DNA of 64,000 bases from Tubiluchus corallicola (GCA_030141605.1 JAQGDQ010000409.1:62616-126615); one strand, 5' to 3'; shown: positions 12,841-25,708, numbered from the stretch's first letter. Numbers and translations: made by a program. Notes: generated by a model from the sequence alone, not told the origin.

Positions 12841-13620
12841 ACTAACAAAAGCCCCGCAAACAAATTTGCGTATGAATCCACTTATAATCAACAATGTGCA
12901 AACCCCCTACTTGGTGTTCGTTTATTTACCTAAAGCCAAATAGCTTTTACTAGATGAAAGTTAGAGGCAGAGTATAATGGATGACGTCAGACAATGGCTT
13001 TGCGTCAGCAGTTTTCCAAGCGAAAATTGCTAAAAATGGAACATCAATTAACTCGTCGGTACTCCTTTTGGTGGACGTGTCCTAAAATATAGCCCACATC
13101 ATCGTGTAGCCCAGTTCTTCCGCTTATTTCTGGAGTACGGGAATGGACCATGGGTGGTGCTGGCAATGATTAAATAGCTCGTTCAACGGTGGGTGTCATA
13201 GGCATATTTAGAATTCGGGGAAGAGCCACGGCGTCCCGCATTGGGCGTATTCCAGGACCCAACTCCCGATTTTTTCGAAAATTTTGGTCAAACAGCTTGC
13301 AGAAGAAACGTTCTAACGGCGTCTGGTGGTACTCTCGGAAGAGGATGTATAGCTCTTTAGAAAGAGGAGACACATGGGTACACGATGATGTGGGCTACAT
13401 TTTAGAACGGGTCCACCGTAAGGAGCTGTGATGAGTTGATTTTCACTTGGAAAACTGTTGGCGCAAAGTTCTGTCGTCATCCATTATACTCTGCTTATAA
13501 CATATTAAACTTTCATTCAGTAAAAGCTTTAGGTAAATAAACGAACACTAGGTAGAATGTTTGCGCATTGTTGATTCTAAGTGTATTTATACGCAAAATT
13601 TTTGCGGGGCCTCTGCTAGT
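12841..13620. mobile_element. Two non-autonomous Helitron fragments in opposite orientation, 3' ends facing outward
   Basis: Both arms match 27150-27630; right end CGCAAAATTTTTGCGGGGCCTCTGCTAG|T; left end is the reverse complement ending TTAG|T. Confidence 0.75.
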
Positions 13621-13629
13621 TATCTATTA

Positions 13630-14060
13630 ATGTAAGACATTACACAACAAGATCTAATGAGTTTCTTATCGAGTATTACAGGACTGATGCAGCAAGGCAC
13701 TTCCTCACTCACACTGACGCTAGACTTTGGAATAATATCAGTGAATACATAAAAACTCTACAGCTATAAGTAATTTCAAAAGAAAGTTTAAAAGTTATAT
13801 TTTTTCCAGTTATATATAATAAATTAAATTGACTAATTCCGCTGCCCCTGTCAGAATCCATCGCGCTACTGGTTATGTCAATTTTTATAGTTTCACTTTA
13901 TGTGGTTACCATCACACCTTTCTCTCTATTCTCTTCAACTTTTCTTTTCTGCTCCTTTACTCTTCCTTGTTTTTCCTCAATCCGCACTCATTTGTGGTGC
14001 TCGCAACAAGTAATTACTTCTTGCGCACCCTATAGGCTTTTTGCAGCTTGGCACTTGGGT
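13630..14060 (+). mobile_element. L2/Crack-type LINE 3' fragment
   Basis: Decayed HYTTR...RLWNNI...FKRKFKSYI C-terminus, pyrimidine-rich UTR and stem-loop GTGCTCGCAA..TTGCGCAC. Confidence 0.55.
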
Positions 14061-14084
14061 AGATAATGAATATGTTAAATCTTT

Positions 14085-14502
14085 TTTGAAGTGCTGTGCT
14101 GTAGTTTTGAAGTGCTGTGCCGTAGTTTTGAAGTGCTGTGCTGTAGTATTGAAGTGTTGTGCCGTAGTTTTGAAGTGTTATGCTCTATTTTTGCAGTGCT
14201 ATGCTGTAGTTTTGAAGTGTTATGCTGCAATTTTGAAGTGCTATGCCATAATTTTGAAGTGCTATGCTGTAATTTTGAAGTACTATGCTGTAATTTTGAA
14301 GTGCTGTGCTGTAATTTTGGAGTATTCTGCTGTAACTTTGAAGTGCTGTGCTGTAATTTTGAAGTACTATGCTGTAATTTTGAAGTACTGTGCTGTAATT
14401 TTGAAGTGCTATGCTGTAGTTTTGAAGTACTATGCTGTAATTTTGAAGTACTATGCTGTAATTTTGAAGTGTTGTGCTGTAGTTTTGAAGTGCTGTGCTG
14501 TA
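14085..14502. repeat. 21-bp minisatellite TTTTGAAGTGCTRTGCTGTAR, about 20 copies
   Basis: Directly visible; produces three overlapping 7-aa-repeat ORFs. Confidence 0.93.
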
Positions 14503-15428
14503 ATGGATGCTGTGGGTTTCTATAATAAACAATTAGAGAAATTCATTATTTCCTTGGACACGTGAAAATTTAATATCAGTGCCCCTCTGGTTTGATGGAT
14601 GCGCCCCACGTGGATATTGACTGTGACCTAGTTTACTGTAAGCTGTAGCAAACACCAGCTGATGACCATTTCAATGCAAGTAGAGTACTGTGTCCGCTAC
14701 TTAACCCAAAACAAGAATATCTGGTAAGAAACGGATTCCGTTGAACCAAACTGCCCACTGCACAGTTGGAAACCCATTTTCTGGCCAGTGAACTACAGCA
14801 GTAACTTGGAATATTTTCATATGCATGAGAAGCTGCAATAATTTTTGCTTTATAAGTCGTTTGCAAAACGGTTAACACTAGAGAAAATTAGTATTGTTTA
14901 AAATGCAAACAACTGTGGTATATTTGAAAATCATACGAAATAATTTACATAATATTCTAACAATAACTCTCTGTTACAAAGATAAAAGGATTTATTTTTA
15001 TAACTTATGTAAAACTGTGTGTCTCTGAAACTACAACTTTTTCCACATTTGATGTTTACTGGTACAACTGTTAACATATTCAAGCATAGCACCTAACTTT
15101 TCATTCTGTAAACATGATCATTTTTCTTAAAAAAATCGAACAAGCACCACAAGAATAAACCGGCAGCTGGATATTCTTTAAAAGTTTTGCAAGCATAACA
15201 ATTTTCCCATATTTATTATCATGCTAACTCACCGTCTAGTTAAGACTGAAAACTTATCAAAGTAATGTCTTAAAGCTAGACTTGTTGCAAAGAAAAGCAC
15301 CTTCAACGCAGCAATAAACTTATGCATATTATAAGCAGCTATTTAAATAAATGAGTGTGAGCCGAGACACGAACATTCAACAATATTCATAAATTCACGA
15401 TGGTAACAACAGGATATAGATTAAGATT

Positions 15429-17063
15429 TTAGATAAAAGTAAAACCAGCTCTCCGATAAGATGTATATATCTTCTCTATGGAATTAATAAACGCTGCTGT
15501 TCGCAGGTCCAGTCCTAAATTGTATTTCATTCCTGTTTTCATAATAGCTTGTGCCGAATTCTCCATTGTGAACGCCAGACCAGAGTGGACAATATCCTTC
15601 TCCGAAGCACCGGCGATTCGTTCCTCAAACGATGGACTCGGCATGATGGGTATTCCTCCACCACTCTTGCCAAACCGGCGCTCTAACGATGCTTGGACAC
15701 TCTGAAGTAGATGCTCATTCGATTCCTTTTCATACTTGAACGTGAGACGGCCATAGCTGACATGGTTCAAATTTTTGAGCCACTCGAAGTAGGAGACGGT
15801 CACACCACCTGCATTGCAGTACAGGTCTGGAATCACTAGAACATTATTGGCAATAAAATGTTTGTCAGCGGCAGGTGTAAGCGGCCCATTAGCACCTTCG
15901 GCGATTATCTTCGCCTTTATTTTATGACAGTTTTCACGATTAATTAGCTTTTCACTTGCGGCCGGTACCAAGAGATCACAGTCTTCGCAAATGAGACCGT
16001 CTTCGTTTGTGTAAGGTTGAGCATCCGGAAAACCGACGATGGTGCCATTCTTTCTTTTATACTCATCCAATTCTACTGGATGAATTCCGTTAGGATTATA
16101 GATTGCTCCATCCCATTCTTGAACTCCAATTAATGTGCATCCAGCTCTGTGAAGATACCGAGCTGCATGAAAACCCACGTTACCAAATCCTTGTACGATG
16201 AATGTTTTACCCCCAAACCCAGGTGTCAAACCGATGGAGCTCATATAACTTGCTTCCTGTATGAACTGTTCCACAGCATGAAACAACCCCCTGCCTGTAG
16301 CTGCTGTTCGCCCGTGTATACCTCCCTGAGAGATTGGCTTGCCAGTAACACATGCGTAAGCGTTAAGATCTTTGAATCCTATGGTTTTGGCATATGTACT
16401 TGCTATCCAGGACATTTCTCTCTCTCCTGTGCCCATATCCGGTGCAGGAACATCAATTCCAGGACCAATGAATCCTTTTTTGCAAAGTTCTATCGTAAAT
16501 CTTCTTGTTATTCGCTCCAGTTCATCTTCACTGTAATTGCGAGGGTTGACGCGTACGCCCGCCTTTGCCCCACCGAATGGGACGTCTACGCAAGCGCACT
16601 TGTACGTCATGAGAGCCGACAATGCTCTTACTTCATCCCTCGTACAGTCGTCGCTGTACCGTATCCCTCCCTTGCATGGCGTCAAATGTGCACTGTGTTG
16701 AGCTCTCCAAGCATCAATCATCTCTACTTCCCCATTATCTCGTTTGATGGGAAATGATATTGAGATGGTATGATGAGCCGGTTTTATGGTGGTCAAGATG
16801 CCTCGAACTTTCTTCCGCTTTTCCTCCGTTGTACGCTTGCCGGGGTACTCCTCCACCAGTTTGTCCTCGATGACCATGCAAGCTTTTTCATAAAATCTGT
16901 CAACCATTTTGAAAAAACTTGGTTCTGGACCTTGTTCAGTTTCATCGTCCTTACCGCCCGCGTAGAGCTCGTAATCGCTACTGCCAGCGCAGCTTCGAGC
17001 AAAGTTAGTCAAGACTTTGCGCTGCTGCCTGGTAGACCTCGTGCTTCTAATGAGCCTAAACAT
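15429..17063 (-). CDS. GLUD1: Mitochondrial glutamate dehydrogenase, 544 aa, single coding exon
   Basis: [46 protein letters not shown] and the animal antenna (LERRFG...[11 protein letters not shown]); start in tttacag|GCACCATG; Arg-rich, acid-free N-terminal presequence. Orthology versus paralogy is unresolved. Confidence 0.95.
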   Translation of the reverse strand: MFRLIRSTRSTRQQRKVLTNFARSCAGSSDYELYAGGKDDETEQGPEPSFFKMVDRFYEKACMVIEDKLVEEYPGKRTTEEKRKKVRGILTTIKPAHHTISISFPIKRDNGEVEMIDAWRAQHSAHLTPCKGGIRYSDDCTRDEVRALSALMTYKCACVDVPFGGAKAGVRVNPRNYSEDELERITRRFTIELCKKGFIGPGIDVPAPDMGTGEREMSWIASTYAKTIGFKDLNAYACVTGKPISQGGIHGRTAATGRGLFHAVEQFIQEASYMSSIGLTPGFGGKTFIVQGFGNVGFHAARYLHRAGCTLIGVQEWDGAIYNPNGIHPVELDEYKRKNGTIVGFPDAQPYTNEDGLICEDCDLLVPAASEKLINRENCHKIKAKIIAEGANGPLTPAADKHFIANNVLVIPDLYCNAGGVTVSYFEWLKNLNHVSYGRLTFKYEKESNEHLLQSVQASLERRFGKSGGGIPIMPSPSFEERIAGASEKDIVHSGLAFTMENSAQAIMKTGMKYNLGLDLRTAAFINSIEKIYTSYRRAGFTFI

Positions 17064-19931
17064 GGTGCCTGTAAATGAAAATGATAACATGAGCATGCAT
17101 GTAATCAAAGCTTCTTAAAAAAAAATTTTCATACAAAAAACATAAACCCACATTGAAGTGAAAGTTGCTGGTGATAATAAGTGGCTCAAGTGAAGTCTTA
17201 ATTTAAGAGTTTATACAAACCTACAGCAACTTAGTGGAGTTCGGCCAAATTATGTAATTTTTCCTACAATTTAAAATTTCACATTTTATTTCTGCTATAA
17301 ATAAATTATCTGTGGTTGCTTGTTTTATCTAATCTAATTAAGCTATGTCTGCGGAATAATATTAAAAACGTTAAGTTGTATCAATAACCAGTAAGTTGTA
17401 TCAATGACCAAAGCTAGGCTCAGAATGCAAAAATTTTAAGCACTTTAAAAATTGTAGTCAAAATCAACCTGAAATCAAATTGTATTTGTTATTTTTCTCA
17501 CAGCCATTTCAGTGCTGATTGCAAAGTACCATAATATTTGAACAGGAAAAAAATTAACAATAAACTAATGGACTCAAAGAGACATGGCAACGAAGAGAGT
17601 AAGTCGTGAATTAAGTATGCTACCCTTGCCATCAGCCATTTTGTGTAACGTTAACCATACTAATATTTTGTAAAGTTGATAAACATTAATGTGCTTATGA
17701 CATAATTGAAGTTTAAAAAAACTGAATTTCTCGCAGCACGTATGCTTTGGTTGACTGCATAAATTGACCACAATAGAAATGGGTGTTGTCCCGATCAGCC
17801 AATCAGCTGCCAGAACAACAAACGTTATCTTCTAAGCCTTCAAGATTATTAGAAATACAGTCGTATGAAATGCACAATGTCAACATTTTTTTGGCTATAA
17901 CAGAACATTTAATAAGAATCAAAGTTTTGGCAAACACAAACATAATAGTAACTAAACAGTTCATATCGTGATGTAATGTAACGCTAACCAGAAAAGTGGA
18001 AAGTCTGTTAGCACTTCACAACTAGTATAAGATAGTATTACAAAGCACCATAGCTTTTACCAATTATATCTTGCTTTGGATAACCGAGAGCCAAAAAAAC
18101 ACTAACCTCAGGAAGAAAAAAATCACAGATATAAATTATTTGATGTTCTTACACAAAAACTGTAAAATTACACAATATTACGGGACACTGTACAGGCATT
18201 CACGGACCACCAGAAACAGTCGCACTAAGCAAACAGCGGGCAGCTGCCGTGGAGAAGGTACAGCACCAGCGATCAGCCCATTTTTATGTTTTCTGCGTCT
18301 GGTTTGGTGCATAGAAAATGTTACTACGCCATCTAACGGCAAAAAGTAGAATCGAAATTGAAAAATTACAAACTATCTATTTTTCACGTAAAATAGAAAT
18401 GGCAAAATATATTTCCAGAGGACGCATTATTTTTTGGTACTGCATAATTTCTTGTAATAATGTAGTACAAGAATTAATGCAATGTATTAATAATAAATAT
18501 AATACATGTAATCAGGATTATCTGTAATAATGCTCGGATTTATTGTAACCAAAGCAAACCACTTCATAAGCCTCTCGATTAATCTTCCTGCTGTCTCGAT
18601 TTATCACCTCGTGAGTAACTCATTTTAATACGGGCTGAGTTCTTGGAAGGTATTTCTACAAATGAATGGCAACATTAAAAGCAGAAGTTTTTAATTTTTT
18701 ATAAACCAATACAGGAAAACAAATGCAAACATTAACATGTAGTAGTTTACTTCAGAAAAGCATAAAATATGTTTTATTCGCAGGCATGAAGCAGTACGCA
18801 AACAACGAGAAGATCATTACTGTACTGTATGATTACACAATAAGATTCAGGCAGTTAAAACAATAAACATGTCTGATTTACATAACAAAAATCATTATTG
18901 TTGGAAGTTTTAGAGTGCTTTAAGCAAGTACCGGAGTAACAAAGAACACCTGTAGATGAAGCAAAACCAAAATCTTTATAGCAGAAAACAATTTAAGCAA
19001 TTATGAAACCAATCTCTAAATTCTCTACTATGTCTCATTGTAGCAGAAATCAAAATTATACACGATTTTCCGTGTCTGTAATCATGTCAGCATAACAAAA
19101 GAAAAATTAATCGCTGATTAGCTACATGCATGTAAAAAAGTTCCAAAATGAGAATAATGTAATAATTTTAATCTACTAATCTAGCTACTGCATTCTGTTA
19201 CGACTGTTGTGTTAACTATTATTCAAAGTGGCAACCGAATCATTAATCAAAGGTCTTAGCATTTACACAGATTGGTAATAGACATTGTTATGAGTACTCA
19301 GTATGTATATTAATAAGCACAACAGAAGCAACAGCTTGAAGCTACCTAAGGTTTAAAATGGTAATTACATATATTAAAATTCTAAACAAACAAATAAAAA
19401 ATGTTTGAAAAACTGCATTATACAAATGTTGTCTAAAAACTGGTCCCTGTACGGTTCAGTATAACATAATAAAATAAAACAATACGGGCCACAGCAAAAT
19501 AAAAACTAAAAATATTACTTATTATAAAACTTAGCACACTGCAAGTCATAATCCAGGGCTCAGTGATAGAAAACATTAATGTTAAAAGATTAAGATGAGG
19601 TGGAAACCCAGTGCTTGTTATCAAGGACAATCTCTTACAAGAAAAAGAGAATGTCTTAGCAACATTTGGATGTGTTATGCAACATGTATCGGGTGGCACA
19701 AAAATGTGCAGAACCTTAGACAAGAATGTCAGAAGCTAGTGCTCTACAAAGTTGCAATTTCACAGCTTGATATTACATTAGATTGACTTTTGGCTGTGAA
19801 AGTTACAAGTTTATAGTTCTTAAGTTACGGCTGAAAAACTTTCGCATGTTAAAAATTTAAATGCATGAACAATCCAGCTAATCACGCACCAAAAAACAAC
19901 AACATTGACGTGTGAAGAACTCAATACATGG

Positions 19932-20339
19932 TAATGATGGGAATCGATACAAAAATTGCGATACGACTTCGACAAATGATAAAGATTTGTGATACGATTT
20001 AGATTTCTATAAGCATTTTACAAATTTTTTTACATTCCACCCACTGAAAACTGTGAAGCATCATTTTATGTAATTAATGCCAACAGGTTTTGAAGTTAAT
20101 TACACGACAATATAAGCTATTGTTCTCAGTATGTTTAGTATTGCTAGGGCATGCAAATCGCTGAAATGACACATCGATTTTGATATCGATACTCCAATTG
20201 TATCGATTTTCTGTGGTGATAACCATTTCTTTTACCGATTCGATAATAGATAAAAACTTGATTTTGTTTTGTATCGATTTGAAAATCTATAAAAAAGCCG
20301 ATTTTTCGTCGATAAAACAATAATCAATTCCCATCACTA
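19932..20339. mobile_element. hAT-like MITE
   Basis: TAATGATGGGAATCGAT / ATCAATTCCCATCACTA termini with ATCGAT-rich subterminal repeats. Confidence 0.7.
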
Positions 20340-20581
20340 ATACAGCAAAAACAATAAAGAAATCAAAACAATAAAGAAACCAATCAGTTTATATCATAGT
20401 CTTAACAACAGAAATTAAAGCACTGATTAAGATTTGTTGGGCTTGGAATTCCCTTAAAAGGAAAGTGTACAATGGCCACACGAGGAACTAAAGGCAAAAA
20501 TTGTTGAGTGCTGGGACTAAGCACCCCTTAAAGAACTAAGAAACTCTGTCGCTTCTACGTGATGAGGTCAGTATCAGCAAG

Positions 20582-21008
20582 CAGTGGCTCATAGTTAAAA
20601 TTACAGGGGGTGCTGCTTCAGAAATTGTTTAGCCATTGTTTTGATATTGTGCAAAACGTAACAAACACAAAAAAGAAAATTTAGTCAAAAAGAAACATTG
20701 CCTTACACTTGCACAACAGAGTTGGCACTGTGTGAGTGACAGTGCTCCCTCCACCTAGCGTGCAGCTTCTTATCTTGGGCATGCTCTTGGACATACGCAC
20801 AAGCGCACAACAACCAAATATCGCATCGCTGGAACTGTGAAATGCACAGTTTCATACAAGGGTTTTTGTAATTTTTTATGAACTAGGGAATGGCTGCTGA
20901 CATAAAGAATTAAAGAGAAAAGACTCATCATATTGAGTGTTATTGATAATACCGAGTGAAAATAGGGGGTGCTGCAGTTCCGCAGTGTCTATATATGAGC
21001 CGCCACTA
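20582..21008. mobile_element. hAT-like MITE (second copy 62873-63371)
   Basis: CAGTGGC...GCCACT(A/G) ends, GGGGGTGCTGC subterminal motifs, shared internal sequence. Confidence 0.65.
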
Positions 21009-22615
21009 GTACCAGCTATTGGAAGAAACGCCTTTGTTTAGGCGCATTGAAAATGGTGAACACATAGAGCTTTTGCGAATGGTGATATAGGCTTACAGTT
21101 AAAAAGCTATTCAGAGTTCTGAACCTATCACAACATGACGAAACACAGGAGAAAACAAAATCACCTCCAATAAAATTAGAGAGCCAAACCCAAGCAATGC
21201 TCACAACCTAAGTTATGATAAAACACTATTAAAAAATCCACATAGTTTACAAATCATTTATGAAAAAATACCGGAAAGAAATGCTATGCAAGTATAAGTT
21301 ATAAGCGTATACAATTTTTTACATTTACAATAATATTCTAATAATAAACAGCAGAGCTTCATAAGCCAGTTTGCACTGATTTAAATTTTCATAATTATGT
21401 TAAAAATTCATTAAAAGTGTAGCAAAAGCACCAATCAGCTGCATTAGTTAAGAGAAAAAAATTAGCACATTGTAAAAGAGCAGCTAGATGACAACCAAGC
21501 ATCTATTTACAGAAACACAAAAAGTCTCAATCGACAAAATGACTTAAAACTTCTAAATGACAACATTTAGCAAGAATCGTGACAAAAGTATTACGATTTA
21601 AAATTTTAAAAACTTCTTGTAGCACAAATATCGAATATGGTGGTTGTGCAACTTTTTGGAAAATGCTTTTGCTATCCTTTGGACTCCTTTCAAGCAACTG
21701 GTAGACAGGAATTGGTTTGAACTGTCCTTCAACTTAAGCTCACTTAAGAATCTAGCTTTTTAGTCAAATGATTGAAATGAATCTATGAAACTGAAATTTA
21801 CAGGTGTGTTTAGCATGGTTGTGCTTCGAAATAAACGAATTTTGGTATCAATGAGTGCAAAATGATTCTGTTGAAGGTCAAGGTCATACTAAAGGTCAAT
21901 GTAACTTTATAGCCTGACCTTGAAATATCAACCAAAATGAAACGTGAAACTACCACTGGAAAACCCATGTATGACTACCAATTTATGCACAATAATATTT
22001 TTGAATACAAAGTTTTTAGTTTAGTTATACGGTCTTATCACCGAGTAAGCCTCAATCTCTTCAATTAGCTTAATGACATCTCAATGTTAACTGTATCATT
22101 CGGTGATTTTGTTTTTAGACTAGAGTTTCCATAAAATTTTGAAACTATAAATATTATATTATACTAGAAAACAACTAATAAAAAAGATAAATATAAAAAA
22201 AATTAAAAAAGAGACAAATTAGAATAGCCCTTTGCTCTGTAAACCAGGACTTTCATTATAAGAATAAGAATATCTTTCTCCTGTAATCAATTTTACAGGA
22301 AATTTCCAGCATGACATATGCTAAGATTTTCGTTAGAAAAAAAGATAATAGTCACAGAAATATTGGTTAGCGATAGTTATTTATGAATTACTCTTTTCAA
22401 ATCAAATTATTACTCATCTGGCTCATTTCAGTTTTGTCGTTCTAATATTCCTCACACATCATTCCTGCTTGTCTTAATCATAAGTTGTTTATACAAAAAT
22501 CACAGATACTGAGTGCAGAGATAACCTAGTGTAGTCAGCACAGAGTTAAGAAAATCAAGTATGTAAAAAAAAACTCGCTCCCTGTATTGAAAAAATAAAT
22601 AAAATCTGGACAAAA

Positions 22616-22855
22616 TCAAAGTGCAAATCCGTTCATGTCAGACTGCGAAAAGAACGCCCAGTTTGATCTAGCTGCGGATGACTCACGCGGAGGAGACGGT
22701 GAGTTAGAAGAGGTCTGATTGGCACTGCTCGTGCCCTCTCCCGGAGGTGTCCAGTAAGACTCGCTCTCCTCACTAGCTGTATCCGAGCTTAGGCCTATCC
22801 CGGTATTGATTTCTTCCCTGTGTATTCCCTCCTCGTCGCTCTCTCCTTCTGTTTC
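22616..22855 (-). CDS. FAM89A: FAM89A-like terminal coding exon (acidic/Ser-rich tail)
   Basis: ttacag acceptor, phase 0, 79 codons then TGA; low-complexity, so assigned by position and phase. Confidence 0.7.
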   Translation of the reverse strand, partial: ETEGESDEEGIHREEINTGIGLSSDTASEESESYWTPPGEGTSSANQTSSNSPSPPRESSAARSNWAFFSQSDMNGFAL

Positions 22856-24087
22856 CTGTAAGTACACAATAAAGGGTCGTTAACATACTTAAATTATTGC
22901 TAATTAATTAATGTATTTAAATTATTGCTAATTAATCAGTTTAATGACAGTGGCAAGATATTGTGTTTGTGTCAAAACAACTTATTAATGCTTTTAATCA
23001 ATTATAAGAACTGGTATAATTTCTCAGCTGTACTTAACTTCTTCCGGACCATAAGCATTTGTTGCATTTTGCATGTGTTCATGAAAAACTGCACTCACTA
23101 AGCGGCAATTACATTATATTTCATAATTTATGTAGGTTTCTACTCCTCACACAATGTATTTTCATGCAAAATTACACAAGAAATGCATTTGCTTACCTTA
23201 GAAAATTAAAAATCAATTTTTGATGATGAAATTGAAAAAAAATCTTTCAGTAACTGCAGTGTTTGCACTGTAACAAAGTATAGTAACACTTGTGTGAAAC
23301 TGGCTAATGCAGAAAATTTTAACTGTCCAGACACAACACTCTTATACACTTTAGCCTCAAGTCTACTCTATTTTTAAGGAGAAATTCCTGTTAAAACATG
23401 AAACGACTTTAATTTCTCCTTGGCTGATTGGTTGGGGTTTCCTGGAATAGCAGCAGAACACTGGACAGCTTGGGTTGCAGCAAGCAGGTGATCAATAAAA
23501 TAGTGTGTACGATCATGCAAGTGTACACCAGATTAAACTAATCAATAGGAGCGGTTGTTTTTCTGAATTTTATCCAATTAAATAGCTTATAAATGTTTAA
23601 ACAAATAGAATGATTGGATAGCCGATATTCTAGTGAACTGTAATCATTTAGTTATGTCAGTTCCCATACAGTAGCAGAAAAGTCATAGGTCTTACAAGAC
23701 CTATTTTGAGTGCTGCCGTCTTGAAGGAGTTTCTTTGTTAAATAAAGCAAACTAACCAAATTTACTTCCTCTTAGTCATCTTGACAGGGCTTTTTCACTG
23801 GATTAGTGAATTCGTATGTAAAGAAAGATAAAAAGGCAGTCTCATTAAACAACACATTCGTTTCACCTACTCGTAAGAAAAACAAAGTATTTATAGTTAA
23901 AATAACACAACTTTAGGTCTGCTTAATCATTACCTATTTGGCTTTTTGTAAATACATAATTAGTGCATAATTTACTGTATCAATTTCTTTACTGGTCTGT
24001 TTATTCATTACCTGTTTGGTTTCTGTTAACTACTTAATTAGTGCATAACAGGCTCTGTGTATATAAACTGGTTGCATGTTTGTAAAT

Positions 24088-24132
24088 TTACCACTGATGA
24101 TGACAGCAGTAGCTCTGTCGAAACGTTTGACA
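24088..24132 (+). ncRNA. Minimal type I hammerhead ribozyme motif (Penelope-associated)
   Basis: caCTGATGA-t-GACAG..CTGTC-GAAACGTT-tg, followed by CAATAAA. Confidence 0.6.
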
Positions 24133-24992
24133 TGATTTTAACTATGTAAAGTAAAAGTTTCAATAAAGTTGTCGTGTTTTAAGTATCTGTATTAAAAACA
24201 CTTAGTACTTCAAAAAATCTTGTTTGAAAGTTTAGATGAACATCAACTGACCTCACTCAAAGAATATCCTCAACTTAGTTTGGTAATTATCATTTTTACT
24301 AATTTTTTAGCTAGCCTTGTAGCAAAATGTATAAAGAGAGTTAGTTCTCAGCAGGGCCAGCTCTGGGAAGTTTTATGCCCTATGCAAAAGTATTTTTAGT
24401 GCCGTCTCCTCAACAATCAGCCCCTTCCTCCATGGACTACACCTCAGTCTCAATATTGAATTTTTGTTGTATAATATTATAATTAATTATAATGGTACCG
24501 TATTATAGTTTATAATGTATTGTAGTGCACTAATTAAGCATAGTCAATTACCTATCTACAGCTTGTGTTGATTGAATTTAAAGTTGAATTTATGACGTCA
24601 TTGTACGTCTTGAGTGCTGCATGAAGTGGCTTAGTCTTAGAAAACTCGAGAAAGCAAAACTAAAGAGTGTTTTTCTGCAGGAAGACACCTGCTAGCATCT
24701 AAAACTCGTACGTTTCGACAGGAAAATAACGCAATTAGTTTGTTTCATTTAATTAATGTTATGCACTTAAAGAATTACACATACAACATCTTATTGCTCA
24801 AGCTAAGTTTCACAATTAAAGAATTAATTCCAGAATTTGGTGATCTACGCAACTGCCTAGTTAGCTTAGTGGTAGAGTTGACTCTAGCAGGCAAGTACCA
24901 CTCCGGATATGTGAACTTAAACAACCACAAGAAACGTCTGGAGTCATAGTTCCAGAAAATACTTTGAAACATTTACAAGTATAAAAGTGTAC

Positions 24993-25638
24993 TTACAGCA
25001 CAAGAAAACTCTCCACTTACATAAAGTTTAAATCATCCTGACATTTTATACCAATTTTGCATATTAGACTTGCGTCGGCAGTAACGCTGTATAAAACATT
25101 TAAATTTAAACTCCCGCGTAGCCATTTTGGTGATAAGTCATTTGAAACAAGTTTAGATAACACTGAGTAAAGTTTGAAAAAATAATCAGCGCATTCGTAA
25201 CGCTCAAGTCACTAACTAAATAAAATTTAAAATTACTGCATCTTGTAAATAAGATTAAAAATATGTTTTTTGGTTAGTGAGTGGTGAACCCTGGAAGCGA
25301 GTCAATGACATTTTACCATTTATATAATTAATCATTTTCTTTTCTAGTTACGTAGGTCTTTCCAGCAGGTAAGCGAAATGCCAAGCAACATAATGGTGCA
25401 TGGAAAGATTTTTTGGGAAATAGTTTAACATTTCCTTTCTTACCCTGATTTACATTGTACATAGGTGATGTCAGGTAATGGCGACTTTGGAAAAATATTG
25501 CGGAAGATTTAAAATGAAAACAAACAAAAAATCCTTTCAATGCGAGTAAGATATGCGCATAAAATTGCTGTAAACTAATATAATTTTTAAGGCGATTTTT
25601 CTGAAACTACTTCAAGTACCCCTTTTCTTGTCCTTTAA
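24993..25638. mobile_element. Kolobok-like non-autonomous element (second copy 54569-55259)
   Basis: (T)TAAAGCACAAGAAAA...TTTTCTTGTCCTTTAA ends; the two copies are colinear. Confidence 0.7.
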
Positions 25639-25708
25639 TAAAAACACAATTCATAAAATCCAACAAAAAGCCAAACGTTTTCAAACTTCTTATTACTTAT
25701 TAACTCAC

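Noticed and set aside
14041-14565. Cys-rich LKCCAVV / FEVLCCN repeat proteins
   Set aside because: A 21-bp minisatellite open in three frames, without a convincing start or gene context
15478-17078. Plus-strand ORFs overlapping GDH
   Set aside because: Antisense shadows of a real CDS with no recognisable motifs
17064-17108. GDH N-terminal extension [15 protein letters not shown]
   Set aside because: Mostly intron polypyrimidine tract and acceptor; the ATG at 17063 has a strong Kozak context and starts the presequence
17064-22616. FAM89-GDH operon with trans-splicing
   Set aside because: The 5.5-kb gap is long for an operon and a candidate cis donor exists; not supportable from sequence alone
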